DNA from: Camelus ferus
Taxonomy: Eukaryota
DNA: 64,000 nucleotides
NCBI RefSeq assembly: GCF_009834535.1
Contig: NC_045697.1
Span: 24,740,001 to 24,804,000, forward strand
Direction: 5' to 3'
This document shows positions 1-13,256 of the stretch, in pieces. Made by a program: the position numbers and the translations under genes. Below the pieces are notes generated by a model, which saw only the letters and a list, made by a program, of their open reading frames with translations, was not told where the DNA came from and did not search any database. The number at the start of each line of letters is the position of its first letter. Position 1 is the first letter of the stretch.

Positions 1-683
1 AATGATATATTTACAATGAAAATAAACCAACTGGAATCGACATAAACAGGTACCAAAGATCCTGATCGGCATATTACTCCATGTTTAAGAGCTGAAATAA
101 TCAGGTATACTGAAGTATGACCTACGGCCGTGAAAATTTAGTTTCAAGGCAGTCCTTCTTCAAAGGAAATGAAGAATCTGAGTTAATTTGGTAAGTCCAT
201 TCTGTCTCATCCTATTTTAGCTGCATCTATCCTTTATAATTGTGGTTCTTACAGTCTAAGTAGCTACAAAGAGAAATAAGAAAACCCAAGCCCCAACATA
301 TAAGCACATAAACTTATATTAAAAAAAGATAATTATTCCATAAGTGAACATTCCTGGAAAGCATAGAAAATGGTACAGAAAAAATTCATTACACAGCCTA
401 GGTCCTTGTAACCTATAAGTAATCAAAGTTTTAAATTATTGGTGTAACTATTAATTTGTGTAATTAAATGCATAATTAAAATATGATCATCAAACATTAA
501 GATAGCCTAAAAATAAAGGATATAAAATCAGGAAGAATATGTGTTAAAATTTTCCAGTTAAGTAAATAATCAAGAAAAATAGAAAACAACAAAATCACGC
601 AAAGTACAATTTAGTGGTCAAAAATATGGGCTCTAGATTCAGGCTGTCTGAGTTCAATTCAGGGTTAGAAACAAATTAGCTGC

Positions 684-1982
684 AAGCATAAGAAAAAATG
701 CTCAATTTCAGCAATCATAAAAGAAATGCAAGTCAAAACCACAATAACATATTCTCTCACACCCATTAGGATGGCTACTATCAAAACAAAGCAGTTAGCA
801 AACAAAAACCAAAAAATAACAAGTGTTGCTGAGAATGTGAAGAAATTGGGATCCTTGTCCACTGTTTGCCAGATTGTAAAATGGTGCAATCACTATGGAA
901 AAGAGAATACAGATTCCTAAAAAAATTTAAAAATAGAACTGCCACATGATCCAGTAATCTTACTTCTGGGTATAGATGCAAAACAATTGAAAACCGAGTC
1001 TTGAAGAGATACTTGCACACTCATATTCATATCTCCACTATTCACAACAGCTAAGAAGTAAAACTAACCCAAGTGTCCAGAGACAGATAAATGGATAAAC
1101 AACATTTGCTATACACATACTGTTGGAGGAGGAGGACTTTCCCTCTTCCCTTTTATGTTCTTTGCTTGGGGGGGAGGGTGGTCTGCAAATTAAACTGGCA
1201 AAAGACAGATTAGCATGAGAAAATATAGATGCTTTTCATGTACATACACAGGAGTTCACAGAAAAATGTGGCTCAAGAAGAATTGGTTAGAATTTGGGAC
1301 TTATATAGCTTCTTAATAGGGTAAAAGGAGGTGGAGAAAGGCACTTATGGGAAAACAAATGGCTTTTAGAAAAGATAAATGGGCTCTTAGGAAAACAGAT
1401 GGAGATAACAATAGTTTTGTTACCATGTCTGGTTAGATTTGATGCTGACTTCTCTCTAGTGATGAGTCAATCTTTCCAGGTACAGAAACTCCCAAGAAGA
1501 TTTGTAACAACTGACTTCTTTTGAGAGATTCCGTTTTTAAGAAGATAAGGTGGTTTTAAAAATCCCACTTAAAGTGCCTTCAGAGAAAAATAATTCTTAT
1601 GCCACGGTGGTGTCTTTCAGGCCAGTCCAAACATTATTATTCAGCCTTAAAAAGGAAGAAAATCCTACTGCATGATACAACATGGGTGAATCTTGAGAAC
1701 ATGCGAAGTGAAATAAGCCAGTCACAAAAAATAAATAGGAGGCTACTTAAATGAGGTCAAATTTATAGCAACAGAAAGTAGAATGGTGGTTACAAGGGTC
1801 TGAGGAGACAGGGGGAAAAAGGGGGAGGTGTTATTTGATGGGTATAGTCTTTCTGTTCTGCACAATGAAGAATTTCTAGAGGTTTGTTTCACAACAATGT
1901 GAATATACTTAACACTATTGTACACTTAACAATGGTTAAAGTAGTAAAAATTTTGTGTTTTTGTTTGCCACAATTAAAAAAA
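684..1982 (+). mobile_element. 5'-truncated old L1 (ORF2 C-terminus + 3' UTR, L1MA/L1MB-like), interrupted by an LTR at 1121-1633
   Basis: ORF 726..920 'MQVKTTITYSLTPIRMATIK' resembles the L1 ORF2 C-terminus. The 3' UTR resumes at 'tattattcagccttaaaaaggaagaaaatc' and ends in an A-rich tail at ~1975-1982. Confidence 0.9.
1121..1633 (-). mobile_element. Solo ERV1 LTR, MER34/MER39-like
   Basis: TG...CA termini. The minus strand begins 'tgtttggactggcctgaaagacaccaccgtggcataagaattatttttctctgaaggcac' and carries 'ctaatctgtcttttgccagtttaatttgcag', both shared with the other copies in the window. Confidence 0.85.
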
Positions 1983-3295
1983 CTAAACTTTATCAGCTAG
2001 ATAACTTTGACTAAGACTCAACTTTTCTCAGCCTCGGTGTTTATCACCGGTAAAACGGTGATTATAGTAAGATTTATAACATGTTTGTTATGTACCAAAA
2101 ATGAGATAATAAATGTAAAAGGCTTAACACAACGTCTGTCACGCCAACATAATAGAGAACAAAAAGAATTATAGGCAAAAAAGCAAAATAATTAAGTGAT
2201 ATATTGGTTCAGAAAGGAATTCAAAAGAGTTTACTCAGAACAATTTGGGCAAAATGAATAACCTCTCTGCCTTCATATTCCTGTTTACTTACAGGGTGAC
2301 AAAAGAATGAATTTCAGGAAGTTTCAGAGTAATTTTTTTTAATATAGAATTCTATTAAGGAATTGAGATCTTGATTTCTGCCACGATTCATTCTAACCTC
2401 TGAGCACTGTGACCAGCCGCTGATTTTTTTTTCCTTTATAGTAAAGCAAATTTTGAACTGAAGGTGTCACCAGTATTTGGTGAAACAATCAGAAGCAAAC
2501 AAACAATTCTGGAGTAGCCAGGACTTAGTTAATCAATCTTGTCAATGGTCCCCTTCAAAAGAATAAAATTTAAAGAAAAAAGTGTGTGTTGGGGTGGGGG
2601 AGTAAACCAGGGAGAAGGAAATAGAAGTTAAAAAGTAAAATATTTTACTTGCATAGTCTGTACATCTTTTCACCTGCTGTTTCTATCTTTTTAATTTTTT
2701 ATCTCCGTAATTATATCCTCATTAAGGAGCATTCCATGCTTCATGGCTCGATGCTATTAAAACTTCAGTCTAAGAAATAATTTTAAATCTCGTCCTCCTG
2801 TATTCTTCTACTTTCCTGTCCAGATCCTAACCTTGAGTGGTCTTTGAAGACAGGAGTATGTGTGTGTGCATGTGTGTGCACATGCGTGTGCATATGAGTT
2901 TTTAGAACTCAAATTTTTTGCTACATCTGGTCTCCTCTTCCATAAATGACACCACTGATACCCCAGAGATAAGTTATGGTTTCAATCTGTCTATTTAAAT
3001 ATTGGGGAATTGTTGGGAAAGGCAGTTCACTGGATGGGGAGAAAACCCCTTAGGAGTTGACCTTGATTATGTGGTGCCTTCATTTCTCAGACCATTTGAG
3101 ATGCTAATTACAAATTGTTTTTGATTGTGCAGATGACCCAGGTAGTGACACGGTGGAAAGAAATCACCGTTTGAATATATCTCTGCTCTAATGAAGGTTA
3201 CGCACTCAGGGGTCCAGAGTAAGGAATAAATAGAGCACTACACAGACTGTTTTTCTTTTTTTTCTTAGTATGTATGCTGGTGAACATAAAAAGCA

Positions 3296-3318
3296 AAAAA
3301 AAAAAAAAAAAAAAAAAA
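3296..3318. repeat. poly(A) tract
   Basis: A-run of more than 20 nt with no recognisable upstream SINE body. Confidence 0.9.
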
Positions 3319-4561
3319 GAATATAAAGAAAACTTCACAATTATTTCACTTTTCTGACTCTTTAGGTAGATTTTTATAGGTTACAAATACCTTCCTGAGA
3401 CAAAGACATTTGTAGATGTTACTTAGAATGACTTCTATTTTCAGATTAAGAAGGTTAAAGAGTGTGGAAGGGGAGTTAGTGAGCCACACCGTGCCCAGCC
3501 ATGTTTTGAGGCTCTTACTGTTAACTTAATATTTTACTCTTTCAGCTTACTCGCTAAAACTTTAAAATTCCTAAAACAGACGTGAGTTTTCCACTCAAGT
3601 CCCGAAACATGACTGCCTGTTGTGGGCTGAGTGGCTAACTTGAGTTCTGAGAAATCTTATTTATTAAACAAAAACCTCCTGCTGTGAAAGAAGTATTTGA
3701 TGTGTGTTTCCTGATGTCTTATCCATTTCCAGTCATCTTTTACCCACAGAAGCAACAGGCTGATCACCTAATCTTCTTGATACCTGATGTGATAGTCTAA
3801 TGTGTTTCTGCTTTCCAACATGAGAAGAAACCTTTCAAAACCAACGATGGGTAAGCAGATGTCCAATAAATCCTCTAGACCATTGGGCTTGGGAAAAAAA
3901 GAAGCTTCATCCTCAGTTCCCTTCTATCATTTTAATATGGCTGAACAAAGGAACAAAAAGCTCAGTAGCTGACAGCACTGTCATCTCTCTCCAGCTCAGT
4001 GAAAGCATACATTTCCCCGATTTCCGGGCTGTGCATTAATGAGGAAATTGTCAGAGGGAAAGGAGTGAGTTCATGGTTCTCTGCTCCATATGTCAGTTCT
4101 TCAGTTCCCAACCCACTGTATTACAGCTTCTAGGAAATATGCTCCAGTCATTTGTAAATGGTAATTGAGAGGACATTTATATTTTCACCATAGGATCTCT
4201 TTGACCCTCCTCAGTGATACTGATGCAGATTTTAGGCATGGAGCTACTTTTCCTAATCTTGTCCAGCAGCTTCTCCTCCCCTCAAATGCGGACGTAGGTT
4301 GGCGAGGGGCCACCTCTAATTACATCTCATTACTTTCCTTCATCTTTTAGCATGTTCTTATGGTATGGAGCTTCGCCAATTGCTGACAAAAGCCAAATGG
4401 GGAAAAAATAAAAAAAGAGGAAGAGACTTTGATAGGTAATCTGTCTCAGCAGCACAGTAGCACCACTCTCAGCCCTACTGGAATCTGCTTATTGCCAAAG
4501 ATCATAGCCGCCGCCTGCAATGTTAAACACTGGAAACCTGCTGCTGCTTCTGTTTTTGCCC

Positions 4562-4580
4562 TTGCTCCCTCTGGAGGCCA
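4562..4580 (-). promoter_or_regulatory. Candidate CTCF binding site
   Basis: The minus strand reads TGGCCTCCAGAGGGAGCAA, a close match to the CTCF core TGGCCACCAGGGGGCGCTA, and it lies in non-repetitive sequence. Confidence 0.6.
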
Positions 4581-4899
4581 CAGATGCACCTCAAGAGGAG
4601 AAAGGCAAGGCAAGGAGATGCCTATTTATTTAAGTGCGCATATAAAGGGAAGATTTTTCCATCAGTTTCTGAGCTCTGCAAGTCCTAAACTCTTGTGAAA
4701 ATGAAGTATCAATTGGTTTCCCCTCAAGCAACAAAAATATATGCAAAGCCCTAGTTGGGCACTTGGAAGTGAGCCACCTACTAAAAGGTAACTACATGTA
4801 GCCCCTGCTGAGAAAGCTTTTACAGTATCAGAGGGAAGGTAGTGGGAACCTAATGATGATGCAGAAGATGAGGATGACAGTAATAATGGCTAAAAGAGG

Positions 4900-5870
4900 C
4901 GTTGCAATAATATACTTAGGAGTTCAAGGGAAAAAAGGAAATCAGTTCCTAGACAGCATTGAGGAGACTGCTTTGCAAAAGAAAAAGAAAAAGAAAAAAA
5001 AAAAGTGGAATTTAATCTAGATCCTTGAAGGATAACATGAGTTCAATAAAAGAGGAGAGAACACTTGGCTAATGAAAGAGAAAGAAAGTGGCTTCAGAGA
5101 GGCTACATTAATCCTGGTCAGAATCTATATTGATAAAAAATATTGTTGGAAGAGAGGACTGGATGGGGACTAGACTATAAAGAATGTCTCTTGTAATACC
5201 AAGGTGCATGGATTTTATTCGGAACGCATAAAAGTTTTTCCGTAGAGTAAGTACCATGTCTGATCAGCACTTCAGAAATATTAATAATGCAAAGTTATGA
5301 GTATTACTGACAGTGATGGGGAGAGGCTCAGGTATGCGTGACACAGTTAGCCTCAGGGATGAAAGGCTAAGGTCTGTTCGGGCTGCTACAGCAGAGTACC
5401 ACAACCTGGGTGGCCTAGACAACATTTATTTCTCACAGCTCTGGAGGCTGGAAGTCCAAGATCAAGGCACTGGCAACTCAGTGTCTGGTGAGAGCCTACT
5501 TCCTGATTCACAGACGTTGTATTTTCACATGGTACAAGGGGTGAGGGAACCTCTTGTACAAGGTTATTGATCCCATTTAGGAGGGGCCTGCCCTCAAAAC
5601 CTAATCAACTCGAGACCCCCCCATTTCCTAATGCCATCCTATTGGGGGTCAGGACCTCAACATTTGAATTTTGGGAGATAGAAACATTTCAGTTGATAGC
5701 AAGAGACAAGTATTCTTAATTGCCTGCATCATGATGATGGCATTGGGAAAAGTAAGAGGGAACCAGATTTGAGACAGGAGGACGCATTAGGAACTGGTGC
5801 CAGCTTGGATGGGAGAATCAAGAAAGAGTCAAAGATCAGATTTTTGCCCCCAATTAGAAGATAAAATTTT
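4900..5870 (-). mobile_element. Degraded L2 LINE, split by the MLT1 LTR
   Basis: Purine-rich L2-like motifs ('tagatccttgaaggataa', 'gattttattc', 'gagaatcaagaaagagtcaaagatcagattttt') on both sides of 5368-5701. Confidence 0.5.
5368..5701 (-). mobile_element. MaLR solo LTR (MLT1A-like)
   Basis: Diagnostic 'acatttatttctcacagctctggaggctggaagtccaagatcaaggc' and the end 'catttgaattttggga...aacatttcagttgatagca'. Confidence 0.9.
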
Positions 5871-6268
5871 AGTTCTACTTACTCAAATAAAGAACTTTTC
5901 TGCCTACACAGCCCCACATTCCACACAAATATTCCTTTCATTGTGGTAAAAAGTTCAGGGAATTCCAGAGAATTTCTGCATTAATGGAAACTATGAAAAG
6001 GATGCAGGCTCCCTTCTGTTGTCTGATCCAAAAAATGGTACAGGAATTCTATGCTCCAACTCATGTCTGCCTGGGATAAGTAAGGGTCAGGACCCCTTCA
6101 CAAGAACTCATCAGCACCAAAATTCTCCTCTTTACTTTTAGGTGGTCAATAAAAGGAAGCAGAGAAAAAAAATAACCCTTATTTTATATCTCCCGATGTT
6201 TTATCTTTACTCCTAAACCTCTACTGTGAAGGAAACTGACAATAGTTTGAATATGTCATAGTCTAGTA

Positions 6269-6356
6269 GCCAATAAGAGTAATAAGATAAGATAATAAGA
6301 TAAGATAAATAAGATAATAAGGTAAGATAAAGCCAATAAGCCAATAAGATAATTAG
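6269..6356 (+). repeat. Degenerate (AATAAG/AGATA) tandem repeat
   Basis: Directly visible: seven AGATAA and three GCCAATAAG units in ~90 bp. Confidence 0.85.
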
Positions 6357-7194
6357 AACATGATGGGGAGGGAAAGTAAGTGAACAAGGGTTAACTAAAG
6401 ACAGTGAATCCATCTTTTTTATTTGAACAGGTTTGTAGAAAGAAATATTTTTGCTAAGTCATTCTTTGTATGTTTCCTCTGTCTCAATTTTTACCTTCAA
6501 CCTGCTACCATAGTCCTCTTACTGGTAACAGGAATCATGAAAATGATATACTATAGAATTAGCAGGAAAACGCAAAACTTGGCCAGTTAAATTACATGTA
6601 GCTCTCAGGTGTCCTTGCACGGTTTGGAAAAGATCAGCCTCAGGGTCTAATTGCACAGCCTTTCATGTGAAGTCCTCACAGAACTGTTCGTCATGGAATA
6701 TCGGAAGGAATTTTCTTATTACTGATGAAATAAACCAGAACTAGGACTGAAATCATTTCATGTATAGTACTTTCTTTTCCCTTTCATATGATCTATGGTC
6801 TGAGGATATGTCCTTGCTGTGTTTTCAGGGGAAAAAAAAAAACTATCTGACTGATACTCTTTTTCATTGATCTCCAAAAAACAGAAAATGGTAAAAATTT
6901 ATTACAGTGAGTCTTTTCAAGTCATATTGGATCCACATTATGCACAGACTATGAGTTAACCAGAGCAAAACTATTGCATTCCAGTTGAATTTATTGGAGG
7001 GAGATAGAAAAAAAAAATCAAACATGTTAAAAAGAAATGAGATTAATAAACGTATTATGAAATTATAGGAAATGCTTTTATTACAGAACCTTTCTGATGT
7101 TTTGCAAAATGCTATGTTTCTTAAGAGTTGCAAAGATATTTCAAATCATTTTATAAAGTTATGTGCTTACTGTGAGTTCCTTTCTTCACTTGCA

Positions 7195-7480
7195 TTTGTA
7201 TTCATTCATTTTTCAACAGATACTGTAGGTGTTTACAATATACTAGGTGCTAGTAACAAGATGCAGAGGGCCAGACTGAAAGAAGTAGAAAGACTGGCCA
7301 GAGAGAGAGAGATTTAAACAAATTATTGTTGTCAATATGGTAATTATGATATGCGTAGGTGTAATGCTGGTCAAAAGAGTGAGTGCTTTATTTTTAGCTT
7401 AGGAAAATCAAACATTTGTTTCCAGAGAAGATGCTTGGGTTTTATCTTGAAGGTAACTAAGATACCACTAATTAAACATG
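7195..7480 (-). mobile_element. L2 3'-end fragment
   Basis: 'ttcattcatttttcaacagatactgtaggtgtttacaatatactaggtgcta' resembles the reverse-strand L2 tail. Confidence 0.55.
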
Positions 7481-8588
7481 AGGAATTCCACACAGACATT
7501 AGAGCCTGGGCAATATGAAAAGAAGGAGCTAGCTCAAGGAGCTTATAATGGTGTTAGCAGCTGGTCCCAAGTGGAGGACAGAAAGCAGTGTTGGTTGTTT
7601 CTCCTTTTACTGTTTATCATTGCTTGGGTAAAATAAATGCTGCATGAACCATGACAAAGCATGTTTGGTTAGATACTTGGAAAAAACTAAACTCAAAACA
7701 CGTGCGTGCACACACACACAAACATACACACGAACGTACACATATATATACTCCTGAGAACGGCTGATGCCACCATCTTTGATGAAAAATGCAACCTCAT
7801 ATTTAGCGTTGAAAGAAACTGATCCTGAAATCATTTTATTGTCTATTGTTGCTTGTTGTAACATTTAAAATTAAAAGAAAAACTATTGAATCAAACAACA
7901 CTTTTGAAAATACAAATTCAAAATTAGATCATTCATGAGGGTTCCATGTTCCTTTATTTTCAAATGTATTCTTCTCTCTAGGGTAATAATGCAGTTCTGA
8001 CAGTAGTACTATTAGGTTTACTTGGATACCTGTAGTAGTTGTGGTCTATCTTAGGATGTGCCTACTTTAAATTAAGAGAAATTTGGAGAATTGCTAATGT
8101 TCCTTACATATTACTGGTTTGGTCTGTGTGTGGTATGTGTGAGAATGTGTGTTTTCACGTGTTTAAGTGCAAGTGTGTTTCCGTTGTCTTGGCTAGAAAA
8201 ACTGGGCAGCCTAGCCAATTGTTTTGAGTGTACTTATATATAAATAAGAGGGGTTTCAGTTCACTTCTAGCATGATTATCCACAACATCAAAAATATTCT
8301 GGTCAAGGGAAAACTATGTAGCTAAACATAATCTTAAAGAAAAAGGCTCATGTTTACAAATGGTAAGAGGAAAATCTACTTAGTGAATATGGAATATCAA
8401 GAGATGATTTCTCTGGGGAAAGTTATGGCATTTAATTTAGCAAAATTGGCTTTGCATTGTTAATGCATTGCCTTAGTTATTGCTAGCTAGTGCATTTGAC
8501 ACATTTGATTCCCTGTTTCAGTATAAGTTCCTTGACTCCATGACAATTTATTTTTCTGCTATATAATTCTCAGTTCACAGCATGATAC

Positions 8589-9117
8589 TGGAAGGGAGGA
8601 AAATTTTTTCATCTACCCTCTTAGGTTCTCCAGCTGGGACCCTGGAAATTAAACTGATGAAAGACAAATTAACAAGATGAAGAAAACTCCAGCATTTGTT
8701 AACATGTGCAGTGACCAAATGATGAGTATCTGTCTCAAAGGGGTAGTTAGAATTTGGGGGTTATAGAATATCTTAACAAAGAACGATATATTTGTAGAAA
8801 AGTGACAAGAAAAGAAAAAGAGGTTTAGGCAGTTTTTAGAGGCAGTGGACTCTGAGACGGTAAATATGTGGGGGTAGGGACATAATGGAAGTTAAGGATT
8901 TTTTTAGTAAGGTTTGTTATGTCCATTGCCACAGGGCTGTATTTGGGTAGATAAGAGTCTAAAGTTGTTTCTGGTGTTTAAGAATCTAAGTCTGCTTTTA
9001 GGCAAATGGTGGGGGGAAGGCAGAGAGCTTTTTTTCAGTATTTGCTGTTTTTCTATTATCTTGACTTAAATAATCCTTCTGCCAAAGTGGTATATTTTTG
9101 AGTGACAAATCCTGACA
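8589..9117 (-). mobile_element. Solo ERV1 LTR, MER34/MER39-like
   Basis: Ends '...aataatccttctgccaaagtggtatatttttgagtgacaaatcctgaca', the reverse of the family 5' end. Also contains 'ggaaattaaactgatgaaagacaaattaaca'. Confidence 0.85.
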
Positions 9118-9504
9118 TTCTGGGACTCTTCTTGGGTGGTAATAGTGAAATAGTGGTTTTTCTTGTGTTAAAAAAAAAACCTGTGATTCTTGTTTACATG
9201 TCCCTAATAATAATAGTAATGATAATTTGGGAAAAAGACAATGGGAATAAATCCACAAATCTATAAAACTGGCAAATAATGCACACATATTTAATACTAA
9301 GGAATATGATCTAATAAACAGGAGACTATTTTGGTTTATGTGGCTTTTGATTGAGTTCTCTTTCTCAATCTGTTAGAAGATGTTTGCTTTTGAATTTGAA
9401 AAGACTGTGAAACTTTGAGGACAAGGTAATTTGCATATTTATTTGCCTAGTATCTGAGACACAGTAGAAGATTTTAAAAGATTAGTATGGGATGGTCTAG
9501 CATA

Positions 9505-9772
9505 TTTCGTTTTCTAGCGTTTTAACACTATGTATTCCAAGGAACACTTTTCCCAAAGGATGTTAATAACTGCTAAACACATTTGAGAATTGCTGGACTA
9601 AATACATTTGTACAGGTTCCTTTACTTGAAAAACTTCTCAGATTTCAGATCTTAAGCCATCAAAAGACACTAAAATAAGCATTTTTTCCCCTTGAAATTA
9701 TATGACCATGAACATTTTTTTCTTCAAAACAACTTGAAAAATTAATACCAGTTTGGGAATTGATGTCTTAGA
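9505..9772. mobile_element. Possible old hAT-Charlie-type MITE
   Basis: Ends 'cagtttgggaattgatgtcttag' and has an internal 'catttgagaattgctggactaaa', like MER5/Charlie-group elements. Family not resolved. Confidence 0.4.
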
Positions 9773-9964
9773 TAAGTATTTCATATATAACTTGAATCTC
9801 ATTCAAATATTGCTAGAGAAGTTTATATAAGTAACATATTTATTAAGAACAAAAAATGACAAGGACTATAAATAAATAAAAAGAAACAACTTGTTTTTTG
9901 TCCTGATTCATGTTAGTTGAAAAGTGATTTTATTGATCTAAGATGTATTTTTCATTCTTAAATA

Positions 9965-10400
9965 ATGTGTATAAATTTAAATTGCATATTCTCTCTGATC
10001 TACTAATTTCACTTTTAGGAATTTTTGCTACAGATATTCTTACACATATGTGAAATGATACACTTAAGAATATTCATTGCTGCATTTCTGATTAGGAAAA
10101 AACATTGGAACCAATCTAAATATTCATCAAAAAGGAAAAGATAGGCATGGTATGGTTTGTTCCACATAATAGAATTACATGCAGCTTAAAAAGAATGATT
10201 CAGTTTTTGACAGTCATACCATTATCCTTCTAAATTGTATGTATATTTTGGACACTTTAGACATTATATAATAACATGCTTATTTTTTACAGAAAAACAT
10301 ATACATATTTATATATGTTAGAAAACATCTAGACTATGTATTAAAAAATCCAAGTAATAAATTAACAATAGTTGTCTGGGAAAGGTAACTATTAATGGGT
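9965..10400 (+). mobile_element. Very old L1 3' fragment (L1ME-like)
   Basis: 'aatttcacttttaggaatttttgctacaga...tattcattgctgcatt...ggaaccaatctaaatattcatcaa'. Confidence 0.7.
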
Positions 10401-12113
10401 GATTTTCTGTTTTTATTTTCCTAATTATAAAAAATATTGATGTTTGTGGAAATAAAGAAATAAAAATGTCAAATTATGTAATATTTTTACATAAGAGAAA
10501 AAATAAATAAAAATCTAAACATTAAGTTGTAATAAAGCAATCATACTATTTGGATAATTCCTTATACACAGTGATGAAGCAAGAAGAAAATTCTTCAAAG
10601 ATAAAGTAAAGTGTTTAACTTCACGCTCTTCATTCAGGGTACAGTATGGGAGACACTGAGGTTTTTATTGTTTGAGTTTGGATGATAGTTTTAAGTCCCT
10701 CATGGATGGCCTTCAAGATCAGAGTCCAGAGATGTCCATGATTTCCCTTTTTCTTTTAAGAAATAATGAATGAGGATTATGAGTGTTTTATATGAACAGC
10801 ACCTAAACATTCTTTCAGATGAATGAGTGTATCATTTTGGTTGCTCATATTACAATGTTTTATTTTACTAAGATTCTTGGATTTTATTGTTCCTGTTATA
10901 CCACGCATGGTGTTGGGCCCAGAGAAATTTAAATTTTTGAGACATTGTCGCTATTGCTACAGTGAATGTTTTAAGAGGAAACACTCTTCCTTCAAATGTT
11001 CAAATAATTGGGACAAATTTCAGTCTAACCCTGAGCTAAATTACATTTTGAATCAAATTCCAGGATATCAGCTCTGATACTAATATAACTACGTAGATGA
11101 TCATGGTGGGACGGACTAATGTAGAACCCTGTAACTGAGCAGTGCTGGTGAGAAGAGAGGGCTTGCAACATAGATAAAGAAGGAGACGGTAGAAAGTATA
11201 ATCTATGGGGCCAAAGTTGATTTGGGAGGATTGAAACATATTCCCAGACTATTATAAAATAAATGATACATTGGCTGGGATTTGTATAAAATACTTCATA
11301 TAGACAGTAAAGACTATATACGTATATTACTTAATCTATAATTTTGGAGTGCTTACTCTTTACAATGAAAATACCAAGTACTTTAAATGATTTTAAATAT
11401 GACCAGCACCACAGGATGTTCTCAGTAGTAGACTGGTCTGGAATACTGTACAGACACTCTCCTCATTGTGTAAACATAGTATAAGAATTTAGTAAGCCTA
11501 ATAGGCATTTCTTTTGAAAATGGAATTCTAAACCTAGGATTCCAAACTGTTTCTAAGTTAAACTGCTGTTTCAGAGGATATCTGTGTTGACCCTGACTAG
11601 GAGGTTAGCTGAATCTAATCATTAAAATATGTTTGTGTTTGGCATAAGTGAATCTTTTCTGCAAGTTTACCAGAGTATATAAAGAGACAGATCGCTGAGA
11701 CTTTATGGAAGTCACAGAAAGTCTGAATGACTGTTTGCATGCCGCACTGCTATAAATATTTGTATCTGTGTGGCACCATTTGCAACATATGACCAAGTCT
11801 TCAAGTTGTAGAGAGGAGTCCAACAGCACACACCAGCCCCTAACTGTTAAGTGACACCAAAAACTACTAAAAGGAGTCTAATGCTTGTGAACTGCATATA
11901 AGCATAAGTCAATTTGTAACAAACTACTATATATATGATTTGTTGCAAATATAGTTGATTCAGCACCTGTAGGAAATTGTGCAAGCCCAATTCCATTATA
12001 AAGCAGCAGGGATGCAATGCATACTTGCTAGCATTCAATTCCTGAAATAGTGTCTGGCATATAGCAAGTATTCAATAACTATATGTTGAATATATGGAAG
12101 TCACAACTAAAAA

Positions 12114-12134
12114 CATATATATATTGTGTGTGTA

Positions 12135-12188
<54 letters not shown>

Positions 12189-12195
12189 GTATATA
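12114..12195. repeat. (TA)/(TG)n microsatellite
   Basis: Long perfect TG run at ~12141-12185. Confidence 0.95.
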
Positions 12196-12520
12196 CTAAT
12201 CTCTTCTCCTAAATCCCATATTCTAGGTTTACTTAGATGTTTTACCAAGTAGAACCCCAAACTCAACAGTTCCCAGATTATTATTCTTCCTTCAAAGTCA
12301 ACTCTTCCTCTAAAATTTTCAGTATCTGGGAATGTGACTCATTTTTCTCATTATGTAGACTTAAAAAGCTCAGTATCTTTGACTTCACTCCCAGGAACCA
12401 AAAGCAAATGTTCATCTTCCAGGATAAATTTCACACCCACCCACTTTACATTTGAACATTCACCACTCACAGCCTCCATTATTCATCACAGTAATCACCT
12501 GATACCTCTTCCACTCTCAT
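12195..12520 (+). mobile_element. L2 fragment
   Basis: Pyrimidine-rich 'aatctcttctcctaaatccc...cccaaactcaac' pattern typical of L2. Confidence 0.4.
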
Positions 12521-13086
12521 TCATACTACTGGGGGAAAAAAAAAAAAAGACTTCAAAAGACTATCACTATCTACTTTAAGGGTCGAATCATCAGTGTGAA
12601 TATCACGTTTGTTCAAAAGCTGGCCATTCCCACTATTATTAGGACAAGAGCTTACTGGTATATGTGGAGTCTCCATTGTGACTACACACACAATATTAAC
12701 TTCTTAGTTACTTGTGAAGGGAATCAGGATATGCCACTCTACACACCATTTTGGCATAAGAGTAGTTTTGTGCTGAAGGCATTTCAGTTCCTGAAATCCT
12801 TTGTCTGCCTAAAAGCAGAGTCTCTACAAAAAACTCAAGTGTCATAAATTTCCTCCCCAGGAACAACTCAAAGCATCTCTTCTCAGAGAGAAGTCAACAC
12901 CACATCCAAAGACACACTGTTGCCAAACTATCATATTTCTGTTGTTCTAAAACTAACAAGCTGCCATATATTTATTTCTGCAGCAAAGATGGGTTTATTC
13001 AGGATCAGCAGAGAATTGCAATTTGGGGTCTGCAACCATGGCAAGCCACACGCAAGTCCCCACAGGGCAAGGGAAGGAAAACACTT

Positions 13087-13256
13087 CTTTTTAAGTGTTA
13101 TATTTTATTTAACTCAATATGTCAAGTATTATCATTTCAACACACAATCGATATAAAAAAAAATCTTGAGACAGTTTACGTTCCTTTTTTGCAGCAAACC
13201 TTTGAAATCCAGGGTATATCTTACACTCCCAGCACACTCCGGTTCAGACGAGCCAC
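13087..13256 (+). mobile_element. MER33 (hAT-Charlie) internal fragment lacking both termini
   Basis: 'tatattttatttaactcaatatgtcaagtattatcatttcaac...ctttgaaatccagggtatatcttacact...gagccac' matches my recall of the MER33 consensus. Confidence 0.8.

Larger units (their letters stand above)
612..2140 (+). mobile_element. MIR SINE split by an L1 insertion (pieces ~612-665 and ~1990-2140)
   Basis: MIR-like 5' part 'ctctagattcaggctgtctgagttcaattc' lies before the L1. The MIR core and 3' part ('ctcaacttttctcagcctcggtgtttatcaccggtaaaacggtgattatagta...atgagataataaatgtaaaa') follow the L1 A-tail. Confidence 0.6.

Noticed and set aside
3296..3318. Poly(A) as the tail of a processed pseudogene
   Set aside because: No convincing TSD, upstream ORF or canonical AATAAA at the expected distance.
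6269..6356. CRISPR-like array
   Set aside because: The units are 5-9 bp with no unique spacers, and the context is mammalian.
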